The notes under the pieces were generated by a model. It saw nothing but the letters and a program-made list of their open reading frames with translations. It was not told the DNA's origin and did no database searches. Below, one piece after another: positions 1 to 6,752 of a stretch of DNA of 32,000 bases. Positions within the stretch are counted from its first letter, which is position 1, and each line of letters starts with the position of its first letter. The stretch comes from Pyrobaculum aerophilum str. IM2. GTDB lineage: Archaea; Thermoproteota; Thermoprotei; Thermoproteales; Thermoproteaceae. The stretch spans positions 720,001-752,000 of the forward strand of contig NC_003364.1 of the NCBI RefSeq assembly GCF_000007225.1, given 5' to 3'. The position numbers and the translations under genes are program-made.

Positions 1-2
1 AT

Positions 3-617
3 TCCAAACTGTCGCTGGACTTGGCGGCCTTCTCCGAGGCGTTTAAACTCGCGGAGAAGCTCTCCTTCTCTGACTTGGCTGAGAAATACCCGCGTACGTT
101 TCAAACACTTCGCCTAATGCAAGCGGCGTCTAAGGACGTAATAACTGCCTCGACAAGCAAAGAGGCATACGAGACGGGCTTCGGCATTGACTTCGGCGCC
201 TACGCCGTCTTGGCCGTGCCCGAGCTAGAACAGTACGTATTAAAAGGCCTTGAGAGACATTACGCAGACGCCAAGCGGGCAACGGAAATAGTATCCTCTC
301 AGAGGTACAAACTAATCACTACCGGCGAGATAGCCGCCGTCGCCGTGGAGGAAAACGTGCCCCCAGCTCCTCTTTGGAACGCATTAATAGATGAAAAAGC
401 GCTGAACGGGCCGGTTTTAATCGTCGTGAAAGACAGGAGAAACCCCGGAGCGTATACAGTTTGGAGGCCTGATCGTTATGCAAATATAATAGACTTCAGA
501 AAAATAGGCGGGGACAGGGTCTTGTTTAAACACGTCACAGGCTTTATGGCCGTGGTGAGGGGGGAAAGCGCCGAGGAGGTAGCGGCGTATGTGCTGGAAC
601 AACTAGATGTGGTCTGA
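3..617 (+). CDS. hypothetical protein, 5' end probably outside the window
   Basis: The reading frame is open from nt 3, with no stop before the TTG at 21 that the ORF track uses, so the gene likely starts left of the window. The stop at 615-617 overlaps the next ATG (607) by 11 nt, which fits operon coupling. No family recognised. Confidence 0.5.
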   Translation, partial: SKLSLDLAAFSEAFKLAEKLSFSDLAEKYPRTFQTLRLMQAASKDVITASTSKEAYETGFGIDFGAYAVLAVPELEQYVLKGLERHYADAKRATEIVSSQRYKLITTGEIAAVAVEENVPPAPLWNALIDEKALNGPVLIVVKDRRNPGAYTVWRPDRYANIIDFRKIGGDRVLFKHVTGFMAVVRGESAEEVAAYVLEQLDVV

Positions 618-1098
618 AATCTTTAAGGACTTAGACGCCTTTGAGTTGGGAGAATCGGCGCTTGACGTAGGGGCGGGTTTCGGCAATACGACAAGGTATT
701 TACTGGCGCGGGGGCTGAGGGTATGCGCAGTGGATATAGACCCGGGGGCTGTTGCGTATATAAAAAGTCTGTTCAAGGAATTTGTCAAGTCGGGGTTGTT
801 AAAAGTCCTCCTAGCGCCGGCCGAGTCCCTGCCTTTTGCCGACGGGGAGTGCGACTCCGTAATCTCAGTTGCCGCTGTTCACCACTTTAGAGATATAGAG
901 GTTGCTTTAAGGGAAATGGTGAGGGTGGCCAAGAGGCTTGTGGCTATTTATGACTGGACTCCGGAGGCAGGCGGCGTTACCAACCCCCACAGCCCCCAAG
1001 AGCTTGAGGCCAAGATGAGGGCGGCAGCTGACGCGGCTGTTAAGTTGGGATTTGATATAAAAATCACGAGGTATTGGTACAGGTTAGTAAAGTTTTAA
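607..1098 (+). CDS. class I SAM-dependent methyltransferase (small, Methyltransf_11-like)
   Basis: 163 aa. Glycine-rich SAM motif I 'LDVGAGFGNTTRYLL', acidic motif II 'VCAVDIDP', and motif 'CDSVISVAAVHHF'. No DNA-methyltransferase motifs (DPPY/PCQ) seen. Confidence 0.75.
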   Translation: MWSEIFKDLDAFELGESALDVGAGFGNTTRYLLARGLRVCAVDIDPGAVAYIKSLFKEFVKSGLLKVLLAPAESLPFADGECDSVISVAAVHHFRDIEVALREMVRVAKRLVAIYDWTPEAGGVTNPHSPQELEAKMRAAADAAVKLGFDIKITRYWYRLVKF

Positions 1099-1120
1099 AT
1101 ACTGGCGCAGTGTCGTTTTT

Positions 1121-2173
1121 ATGCGCTTTGTAATGGCGGCGTTGTTACTGGCGGTAATCGTGCTCGCCGTCACGCCCATAAGGCTTCAAGTAGACGCCGT
1201 ATTAGTCTCGCCTATAAACACCACTAAAATAATTGACTATCTGGAAAGCGCCAAGAGGGCTATTTACGTAGAGGTTTACGTCTTCACTTATAAACCACTG
1301 GCAGATGCGCTAGTAGACGCCGCAAAACGCGGCGTAGACGTATACGTAGTGCTCTCGGCGAGGGTGTATGGGGGAGTCCCCCGGCAGGCAAAGGACTTGG
1401 CGCAGTATATGGAGAAAAACGGGGTGAGGGTGAAGTGGAACGACGACTTTCCCAACGTCCACACTAAGCTCTACGTAATAGACAACCAAACGGTAATTAT
1501 TGGAAACATCAACCCCACGGTATCTGGCTTTACTAGAAACAAGGGCGTGATGCTGGTAATACACAATTCAACGCTGGCGCGACAACTCGCCACAATTGTA
1601 CTAAACGACTTCCGCGGGAAGTACCCGCGCTACAATTACCCCGGGGTCTTGGTGTCGCCGGTAAACTCACAAGAGGGCTTAGAGTGGATCTTGACGTTGC
1701 CCGGAGATTTGTACATAGCCATGGAGCAGATATATCTGGACTCCGGCATGGTCCCGCTAATCCTCCAGCACCAGAGGTATTACGCCGTTGTGGCCAGAAC
1801 TAACGCGGATATAAACGTGGCTGTTGACGACGACATAGTGGCAAAGATCATAGTAGTGGGGGATTACGTATATGTGGGGTCGATAAACTTGGGCTACTAC
1901 TCAATTCAGAGGAATAGAGAAGTGGGGCTGTTAATACACAATCCAGAGCTAGCGGCGAGGCTCAGAGCGCTAATACTTCAGTGGTACACAGAGGCGGGGG
2001 GCGTAGCCCCTACAGAAACTACGGAGACCGCGGCTCAACCGACCACAGCCCGTACGCCCGCAGCCCAGGCAACTGCCCCCAGTTTGATACACGCCCTGGC
2101 GTGGCTCGTGGTTGTGGCCATAGCGACATTATTCGTCGTGTGGATGAATAGAAAGGGTAAACATATAAAGTAA
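1121..2173 (+). CDS. phospholipase D / HKD-superfamily protein, predicted extracellular and membrane-anchored
   Basis: 350 aa with an N-terminal hydrophobic signal/anchor 'AALLLAVIVLAV'. One canonical HKD motif, 'HTKLYVIDNQTVIIGNIN' (His codon 1460-1462). The second half carries a degenerate copy, 'VAKIIVVGDYVYVGSINL', with Val in place of His (1838-1840). It ends with a Thr/Ala/Pro-rich linker, then a C-terminal TM helix and basic tail 'NRKGKHIK'. Confidence 0.65.
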   Translation: MRFVMAALLLAVIVLAVTPIRLQVDAVLVSPINTTKIIDYLESAKRAIYVEVYVFTYKPLADALVDAAKRGVDVYVVLSARVYGGVPRQAKDLAQYMEKNGVRVKWNDDFPNVHTKLYVIDNQTVIIGNINPTVSGFTRNKGVMLVIHNSTLARQLATIVLNDFRGKYPRYNYPGVLVSPVNSQEGLEWILTLPGDLYIAMEQIYLDSGMVPLILQHQRYYAVVARTNADINVAVDDDIVAKIIVVGDYVYVGSINLGYYSIQRNREVGLLIHNPELAARLRALILQWYTEAGGVAPTETTETAAQPTTARTPAAQATAPSLIHALAWLVVVAIATLFVVWMNRKGKHIK

Positions 2174-2188
2174 AGCCGTAAAGGGCAG

Positions 2189-2578
2189 GTGAACCTCCAG
2201 CAATACCTCGTTCTTGAGGCCTTGGCGTCGGATATCCCCCCGCGGGAAATAGCTGAAATATTAAACCTAGAGACTCACGACGTAGAGGCCGTGGTGAAGT
2301 CGCTAGAAGAGAGGGGCCTTGTGAGAAAAAGCCCGGGGCTTTTCGGCGAGAGGTACAAATTGACAGAACAGGGGGAGAAGGCGCTGGAGGAGTGGAGGGC
2401 AAAAATAAGGAGCGAACTGGCCAAGGCAGAGGAGCTGTTTAAAAAAGGGAGGGAAATTGAGGCGCAGGAAATAGTTGAAAAATGGCTCCCCATACTCCCC
2501 ATCCTCCTGGGACTGGGAGTGATATCCCTCGCACTCTGGAAGTTATTAACTAGCCGGCTACCAGTTGCAGAGGAGTAG
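2189..2578 (+). CDS. winged-helix (MarR/ArsR-like) DNA-binding protein with C-terminal transmembrane anchor
   Basis: 129 aa with a GTG start. The N-terminus 'YLVLEALASDIPPREIAEILNLETHDVEAVVKSLEERGLVRK...YKLTEQGEKAL' has the wHTH pattern. It is followed by a charged helical segment and a hydrophobic helix 'WLPILPILLGLGVISLALWKLL'. Lies 15 nt downstream of the PLD gene. Confidence 0.55.
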   Translation: MNLQQYLVLEALASDIPPREIAEILNLETHDVEAVVKSLEERGLVRKSPGLFGERYKLTEQGEKALEEWRAKIRSELAKAEELFKKGREIEAQEIVEKWLPILPILLGLGVISLALWKLLTSRLPVAEE

Positions 2579-2629
2579 GTCGGGGAGATCAAGCGCCCAA
2601 TTTTTATATACACATATATACGCCCACAG

Positions 2630-2727
2630 CCGGCGCTCAGGGGGTTGCAAGTGCCCGTGGAGGAGTTTCAAAGCGCACCTCAGACCCGGAGAGCTTCCGC
2701 TAATTCTGAGCGACCGGGTGCGTTTTT
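2630..2727 (+). ncRNA. candidate small structured RNA of unknown class
   Basis: TATA-like 'TTTTTATATA' at 2601-2610 sits about 25 nt upstream of 2630. An 11-bp terminal helix pairs 2630-2640 'CCGGCGCTCAG' with 2706-2717 'CTGAGCG(A)CCGG' (one bulged A). There is an inner hairpin CGGA/TCCG (2687-2699) and a T5 run at 2723-2727. No ORF. I could not recognise C/D, H/ACA, tRNA, SRP or RNase P signatures. Confidence 0.3.
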
Positions 2728-2728
2728 A

Positions 2729-3031
2729 TTAGTGCCCGCGGCTGTAGAAAAGCGCAAGGGAGGCGATAGAAACCAACAGAAGGGCCAGATACGTCGCTGA
2801 GTAGCTTAGGCCTAGCGATCTCCATGCCTTTGCGAAGGTGGAGGAAATGGCGGCAACACTGATCAGAGTTAATGAGGCAAAAATGCGCTCAAGTTTTCTG
2901 CCGTAATGTTCCGATGCCCTACAACGCGGCGGGACGCCGTGCTGGGATCTCTTAGTGAAACAGACATGCGCTATAGAAGAGCCTCTGGGGTGGACGTCCC
3001 CAGCCTGACGCGGGCTGGGTCCTCGCCCCAT
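2729..3031 (-). CDS. doubtful small membrane protein
   Basis: 100-aa ORF. Its C-terminal half has two hydrophobic segments ('LTLISVAAISSTF', 'YLALLLVSIASLALF'). Its only start overlaps the 3' end of deoC by 61 nt, and its N-terminal half is basic and low-complexity, like out-of-frame translation. Without it, 2729-2970 would be an unusually long non-coding gap. Confidence 0.25.
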   Translation of the reverse strand: MGRGPSPRQAGDVHPRGSSIAHVCFTKRSQHGVPPRCRASEHYGRKLERIFASLTLISVAAISSTFAKAWRSLGLSYSATYLALLLVSIASLALFYSRGH

Positions 3032-3651
3032 CCAATGGCGTCAACAATGGCCTTTGCCTGCTCCCTTGTCCTAATCCCCCCCGCCATTTTCACCCCCAGT
3101 CTATACCCCTTCTCTTTTATGTAGCGGGCAATTGCCGCCGCCCTCTCCGGCGTTGAGTGTACAGGATTTCCCTGTCTGGCGGCGTAGGCCTCTTCGGCGA
3201 ATCCAGTGGAGCTTTTTATAAAGTGGGCCCCAGCCTCTGCAATAATGTCGTAAAGCGTATACCTCTCCTCATCCCTTAGATAAGGCTCCTCTGTGATTAC
3301 CTTTACCACTCTCCCGCCTGCGGCACCCACAACGCTTATTAAGTCCCTTCTCACCTCGGCCCACCTCCGCGATTTCACGAGGCCTATAGGCGCCACCACG
3401 TCTATCTCATCTGCCACTTCAGCAAGCCTAGAAACCAAGGCAATTCTGCTGGCCGTTGGCAAGGCCCCAAAGGGGAAGTCCGCCACTACGCAGAGCTTTA
3501 CTTTCCGCAACAAAGGCCGAACAACAGGGGCGTATATGGGATTTACGCAATACGCCGCGACGCCCAGCTCCTCCGCCTTGCGAGCCCCGGCGACTGCTTC
3601 ATCTACTGTGAGATACGGCTTGAGAAGCGCGTAGTCTACTAAATGTATCAC
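2971..3651 (-). CDS. deoC: deoxyribose-phosphate aldolase
   Basis: 226 aa with the class I aldolase TIM-barrel pattern: 'DYALLKP', 'VVADFPFG', the Schiff-base region 'FIKSSTGF', and 'VKMAGGIRT'. The sequence matches my recollection of the Pyrobaculum aerophilum DERA (unverified). Confidence 0.9.
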   Translation of the reverse strand: MIHLVDYALLKPYLTVDEAVAGARKAEELGVAAYCVNPIYAPVVRPLLRKVKLCVVADFPFGALPTASRIALVSRLAEVADEIDVVAPIGLVKSRRWAEVRRDLISVVGAAGGRVVKVITEEPYLRDEERYTLYDIIAEAGAHFIKSSTGFAEEAYAARQGNPVHSTPERAAAIARYIKEKGYRLGVKMAGGIRTREQAKAIVDAIGWGEDPARVRLGTSTPEALL

Positions 3652-3671
3652 ACGGCCGCCTTTTCACAAGC

Positions 3672-3686
3672 TTAAAAAATTTAATA
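3672..3686. promoter_or_regulatory. shared A/T-rich TATA block for divergent leaderless deoC and acyP
   Basis: 'TTAAAAAATTTAATA' is centred at about 3679, 28 nt from the deoC ATG (3651, minus strand) and 28 nt from the acyP ATG (3707, plus strand). The whole divergent spacer is only 55 nt. Confidence 0.5.
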
Positions 3687-3706
3687 CCCAGCCCCGAGGG
3701 CAAGAC

Positions 3707-3994
3707 ATGGAGATGGCGCGGGCCCACGTATTTATCAGAGGTAAGGTGCAGGGAGTCTTCTTCCGCCAGTCTATGAAAGAGGTGGCCATGAGAAACGGAG
3801 TTAAGGGGTGGGTGAGGAACAGATCAGACGGCAAGACTGTAGAGGCGGTGCTCGAAGGGCCCCGGGACGCAGTTATGAAAGTTCTGGAGTGGGCTAGAAT
3901 CGGCCCGCCCGGCGCAAGAGTTGAGGACATTGAAGTGCAGTGGGAGGAGTACAAGGGGGAGTTCAAAGACTTTAAAATCCTCCCCACTGTATGA
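3707..3994 (+). CDS. acyP: acylphosphatase
   Basis: 95 aa with the hallmark 'VFIRGKVQGVFFRQ' phosphate-binding loop and the 'GWVRNRSDGKTVEAVLEG' motif. Confidence 0.9.
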   Translation: MEMARAHVFIRGKVQGVFFRQSMKEVAMRNGVKGWVRNRSDGKTVEAVLEGPRDAVMKVLEWARIGPPGARVEDIEVQWEEYKGEFKDFKILPTV

Positions 3995-4080
3995 CCCAAA
4001 ATATTTAAGTTTGTGGTTTATGGAAAACGGGCTGGACTGCCGTGGTCGCGGCTGAATGAAAAGCCCGCCCGCGGCCGAGT

Positions 4081-4509
4081 CTACACTTTCACTGCCTGTA
4101 GCTTCATGCCCCCCTCCAGCCCGCCCTCTGGGTGGTACCAATTCTTTACAATTTTAAATCCGCACTTTCGCAACAACGCGCCAAGCCTCGTCGCCTCTGG
4201 CGCCTCTCCTTTTTGAAGAGCTATAAAAGTCTCCCGGTCGTCTACATATTCCACGTATAAAATATCGCCGGGGCTCATGAGCCGGTGCAAGGCGCAGTAG
4301 ATTTTCTCCTCCCACTCCGTGCCTATGAAAACCGGGTTTATGTTAAACACCTCTGCCCAGGGCGTGTAGTAAGGCGGTCTGCCTGTGAAAATTTTGACGT
4401 GGCAGAGGCGCTCTCCCTCTAGGAATAACTCTACGTTGTACTCCTCTTTAAACCGCCCCCTCTTAACAACTGCCTTTAAAGGGGCAAAGGCCTCTATATC
4501 AATAAACAC
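4081..4509 (-). CDS. conserved-looking hypothetical protein
   Basis: 142-aa ORF with globular composition. Its start overlaps the stop of the upstream 73-aa ORF by 11 nt. No motif I can name with confidence. Confidence 0.55.
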   Translation of the reverse strand: MFIDIEAFAPLKAVVKRGRFKEEYNVELFLEGERLCHVKIFTGRPPYYTPWAEVFNINPVFIGTEWEEKIYCALHRLMSPGDILYVEYVDDRETFIALQKGEAPEATRLGALLRKCGFKIVKNWYHPEGGLEGGMKLQAVKV

Positions 4510-4720
4510 TTACTAACAGCCACTCCCTTTTATTAGTTTTAGCCTCGAGGTACATGGTGTATAGTAGCTCCGCGACGTGGCTGCCCACTGCTTTTGATAT
4601 CGCCTCAAGAGCTTCCTCATTGCTTATGTCATCAATGCTGAGGCCCATTTTTCTCAGGCGGTACTGTAAAAAGAATTGTAAGGGCTCTTCCAGAGTTTTT
4701 AGAAACTCTACGAATTCCAT
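4499..4720 (-). CDS. small helical hypothetical protein
   Basis: 73 aa. TATA-like 'TAATATATAAAAAAC' (minus strand, about 4733-4746) sits about 20 nt upstream of the ATG at 4720. Translationally coupled to the 4081-4509 ORF. Confidence 0.45.
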   Translation of the reverse strand: MEFVEFLKTLEEPLQFFLQYRLRKMGLSIDDISNEEALEAISKAVGSHVAELLYTMYLEAKTNKREWLLVSVY

Positions 4721-4770
4721 TCACTGTGTTTTTTATATATTACATGTGAAATACGGAGAGTTCTCTGAAA

Positions 4771-4962
4771 CTATTCAGCGGCGAATTTCCTTATGAGAAC
4801 TGGCGCTAAGAGCCCCAAGACAATGGCTAATATCGATGTCACTAAGTCTCTGGCGAAGATGAGGGGATCCAGCGAGGGGGACGAGATAGTGCTGATGAGA
4901 AACAAGGCGCCTAACACCACTGCAACGGCGCTGAGGGCGTATACAAGCGGCTTAGTCCTCAT
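4771..4962 (-). CDS. small two-TM membrane protein (paralog 1)
   Basis: 63 aa with two hydrophobic helices. About 55% identical to the frame-corrected neighbour at 4986-5190; that paralogy supports it as a real gene. Confidence 0.6.
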   Translation of the reverse strand: MRTKPLVYALSAVAVVLGALFLISTISSPSLDPLIFARDLVTSILAIVLGLLAPVLIRKFAAE

Positions 4963-4985
4963 AAGGGGGGCTGAAATTGGTGTAT

Positions 4986-5211
4986 TTAATTATTAGCCTC
5001 CTCTTCGCTTGTGAACTTCCTGTGCAAAAAGGGAGCTGCAATTCCAGTCGCCAAGGCCGTTATAGAGAGGGACAAGTCCCTGGCGAGTATTAAGGCGTCT
5101 AGAGAGGGGTTGCTCAAAGTTGAGATTAAGTACGAGCCCCCCCAGGGCAACTGCTAGAAAACTCACGGCTATTACTAAACCAGTTTTCATGGAGTAAAGA
5201 GGGCATGGCAT
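4986..5211 (-). pseudogene. small membrane protein paralog 2, frame-disrupted or frame-switched at a G7 (plus-strand C7) tract
   Basis: As sequenced, the ORF (4993-5211; the more likely start is 'MKTG' at 5190) matches paralog 1 only up to the C7 run at 5137-5143. Removing one G restores '...LGGSYLISTLSNPSLDALILARDLSLSITALATGIAAPFLHRKFTSEEEANN*' (stop at 4986-4988). That aligns with paralog 1 '...LGALFLISTISSPSLDPLIFARDLVTSILAIVLGLLAPVLIRKFAAE'. Confidence 0.6.
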
Positions 5212-5252
5212 ATAAAAGCCGTGTTGACAGTATTTGAGTATTAGGAGTCAGA

Positions 5253-5260
5253 TTTATAAA
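5253..5260 (+). promoter_or_regulatory. TATA box upstream of the LysX-family gene
   Basis: 'TTTATAAA' lies 24-25 nt upstream of the ATG at 5281, the usual spacing in this window. Confidence 0.45.
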
Positions 5261-5306
5261 CAGCCCATATTTCCACCCCCATGGGGAAATTGACTTTGTA
5301 TACGAC

Positions 5307-6110
5307 GTGGCTAGACTCGACGAGAAGTTATTGCTAAATGAGTTGAGAAGCCTGGGGTTGCAGGTTCGCCCCCTTAATATTGAGGAGGTGGCCGCCCCGG
5401 AGGGGCTGGGAGAGGTGGGGGTCATCAGGCTGGCGGCTAGATCTAGAGTGATACCCATGGCGTTTACTTATGAGCACAGCGGAGGGGTGGCCATTAACAA
5501 CGCCATGTCTCTAATACTCTCACACGACAAATACTTCACATACCTTAAGTTAAAAGAGGCCCGCGTCCCAACGCCGGAGACGTATTTAGTCTTCGGGCGG
5601 GAAGCCGCCAAGGAGGTTGCCAGAAGGCTGGGCTACCCCGTAATTGTGAAGCCCACAGACGGCTCCTGGGGGAGGTTTGTAAACTTAGTGAAGTCCGCAG
5701 AGGACTTGGAGTCCCTAATTTTACAAAAGGCGGCGATGGACAGCCACATGCACTTATACCTAGTCCAAGAGTTTATTAATAAGCCCAACCGCGATATAAG
5801 AGTTACAGTAGTCGGCGACAGGGCGGTTGCCGCCATTTATCGAATTACTAATGGAGACTGGCGCACAAATACGGCGAGGGGCGGGAAGGCCGAGCCTGTT
5901 AAGATAGACCCAGAGCTTGAAGACGTGGCAGTGAGGGCCAGTAAAGCAGTCGGCGCTTATTACTCGGGGGTTGATGTCGTGGAGTCGGAGAGGGGCTACT
6001 TAGTGCTTGAGGTAAACGGCGTGCCGGAGTTTAAAAACGTACAGAGAGTGACAGGCGTTAACGTGGCAGGGGAAATAGCGAGGCTCGTGGCCGAGTTTGT
6101 CAAAAAGTAA
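5307..6110 (+). CDS. ATP-grasp ligase of the LysX/ArgX (RimK-related) family; N-terminus uncertain
   Basis: It aligns by eye along its whole length with Thermus LysX, as I remember that sequence: 'VARLDEKLLLNEL', 'YPVIVKPTDGSWGR', 'LYLVQEFINKPNRDIRVTVVGDRAVAAIYR', 'WRTNTARGG', 'EVNGVPEFKN'. Homology continues upstream of the GTG at 5307 ('GEIDFVYDV' in the same frame), but the promoter-proximal ATG at 5281 is one nt out of frame. Confidence 0.8.
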   Translation: MARLDEKLLLNELRSLGLQVRPLNIEEVAAPEGLGEVGVIRLAARSRVIPMAFTYEHSGGVAINNAMSLILSHDKYFTYLKLKEARVPTPETYLVFGREAAKEVARRLGYPVIVKPTDGSWGRFVNLVKSAEDLESLILQKAAMDSHMHLYLVQEFINKPNRDIRVTVVGDRAVAAIYRITNGDWRTNTARGGKAEPVKIDPELEDVAVRASKAVGAYYSGVDVVESERGYLVLEVNGVPEFKNVQRVTGVNVAGEIARLVAEFVKK

Positions 6111-6446
6111 TTATTGAAACAGCTCTGGGTTTATCCTCCTCCTCCCCCTGAAGCCCTCAGGCCCGTGGTAAAACATCACCTCCGGCTCGTCCACTTTCCA
6201 ACACAGATATACAAATTCGCCGTTTTTAGTAACAGCTGGGAAGTCCACAATTCCGTTGACAAAATCCCTGATGATAAAGCCCATTTCCGCCGCCGCTTTT
6301 AACAGCCACTCCGCTTGTCTCTCCATTTCCTCCATTTCTTGAGGGGTAAGGGAGTCCCACCTCCTCGCCGTTTGGACTACTGGCAGGAGGAGGGGCCTGA
6401 GCTCTTTAATAATCTCATTAGCCTCTTTCAGTGTAAAGAGCCTCAC
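6111..6446 (-). CDS. hypothetical protein, COG4911/DUF2203-like (from memory)
   Basis: 111 aa. The N-terminus 'FTLKEANEIIKELRPLL' and C-terminus 'LCWKVDEPEVMFYHGPEGFRGRR' resemble that family. It starts immediately after the SWIM gene's stop, so they abut. Confidence 0.5.
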   Translation of the reverse strand: MRLFTLKEANEIIKELRPLLLPVVQTARRWDSLTPQEMEEMERQAEWLLKAAAEMGFIIRDFVNGIVDFPAVTKNGEFVYLCWKVDEPEVMFYHGPEGFRGRRRINPELFQ

Positions 6447-6737
6447 TTACTTCACCCCCTTTTTTATTTTTAAATATTCCCGCAGAGCCACTTTTGCCCG
6501 GACGATGTGCTTACAAGGTCCGCCTCGGAATTTGAAATCTGGGCACTCGCAATGCCCCACGAAGTATCTAGTCCCCAGTTTTATCTTCAAGAAAACTTGA
6601 TAGCAGAAATCCGGCTGGGACTGCGACTTTACATAACAAATTGCCAATAGCCAGCCGCCGCGCCTTTCCACAGTTTCTATGAACACCTCTCTATCTAAGG
6701 CGAAGAGGGCCTTTTTCACCGCCTCTCTGCAGTACAC
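6447..6737 (-). CDS. stand-alone SWIM zinc-finger protein
   Basis: 96 aa. 'CECPDFKFRGGPCKHIV' fits the SWIM CxCxnCxH signature. Confidence 0.65.
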   Translation of the reverse strand: MYCREAVKKALFALDREVFIETVERRGGWLLAICYVKSQSQPDFCYQVFLKIKLGTRYFVGHCECPDFKFRGGPCKHIVRAKVALREYLKIKKGVK

Positions 6738-6752
6738 AAATATTCCCCCCTC

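Noticed and set aside
2630-2717. tRNA (possibly intron-containing), suggested by the 7-bp stem 'CGCUCAG/CUGAGCG' followed by 'A CCG'
   Set aside because: No D-arm with the conserved GG, no T-arm or GTTCRA-like loop in the required position, and no plausible anticodon arm.
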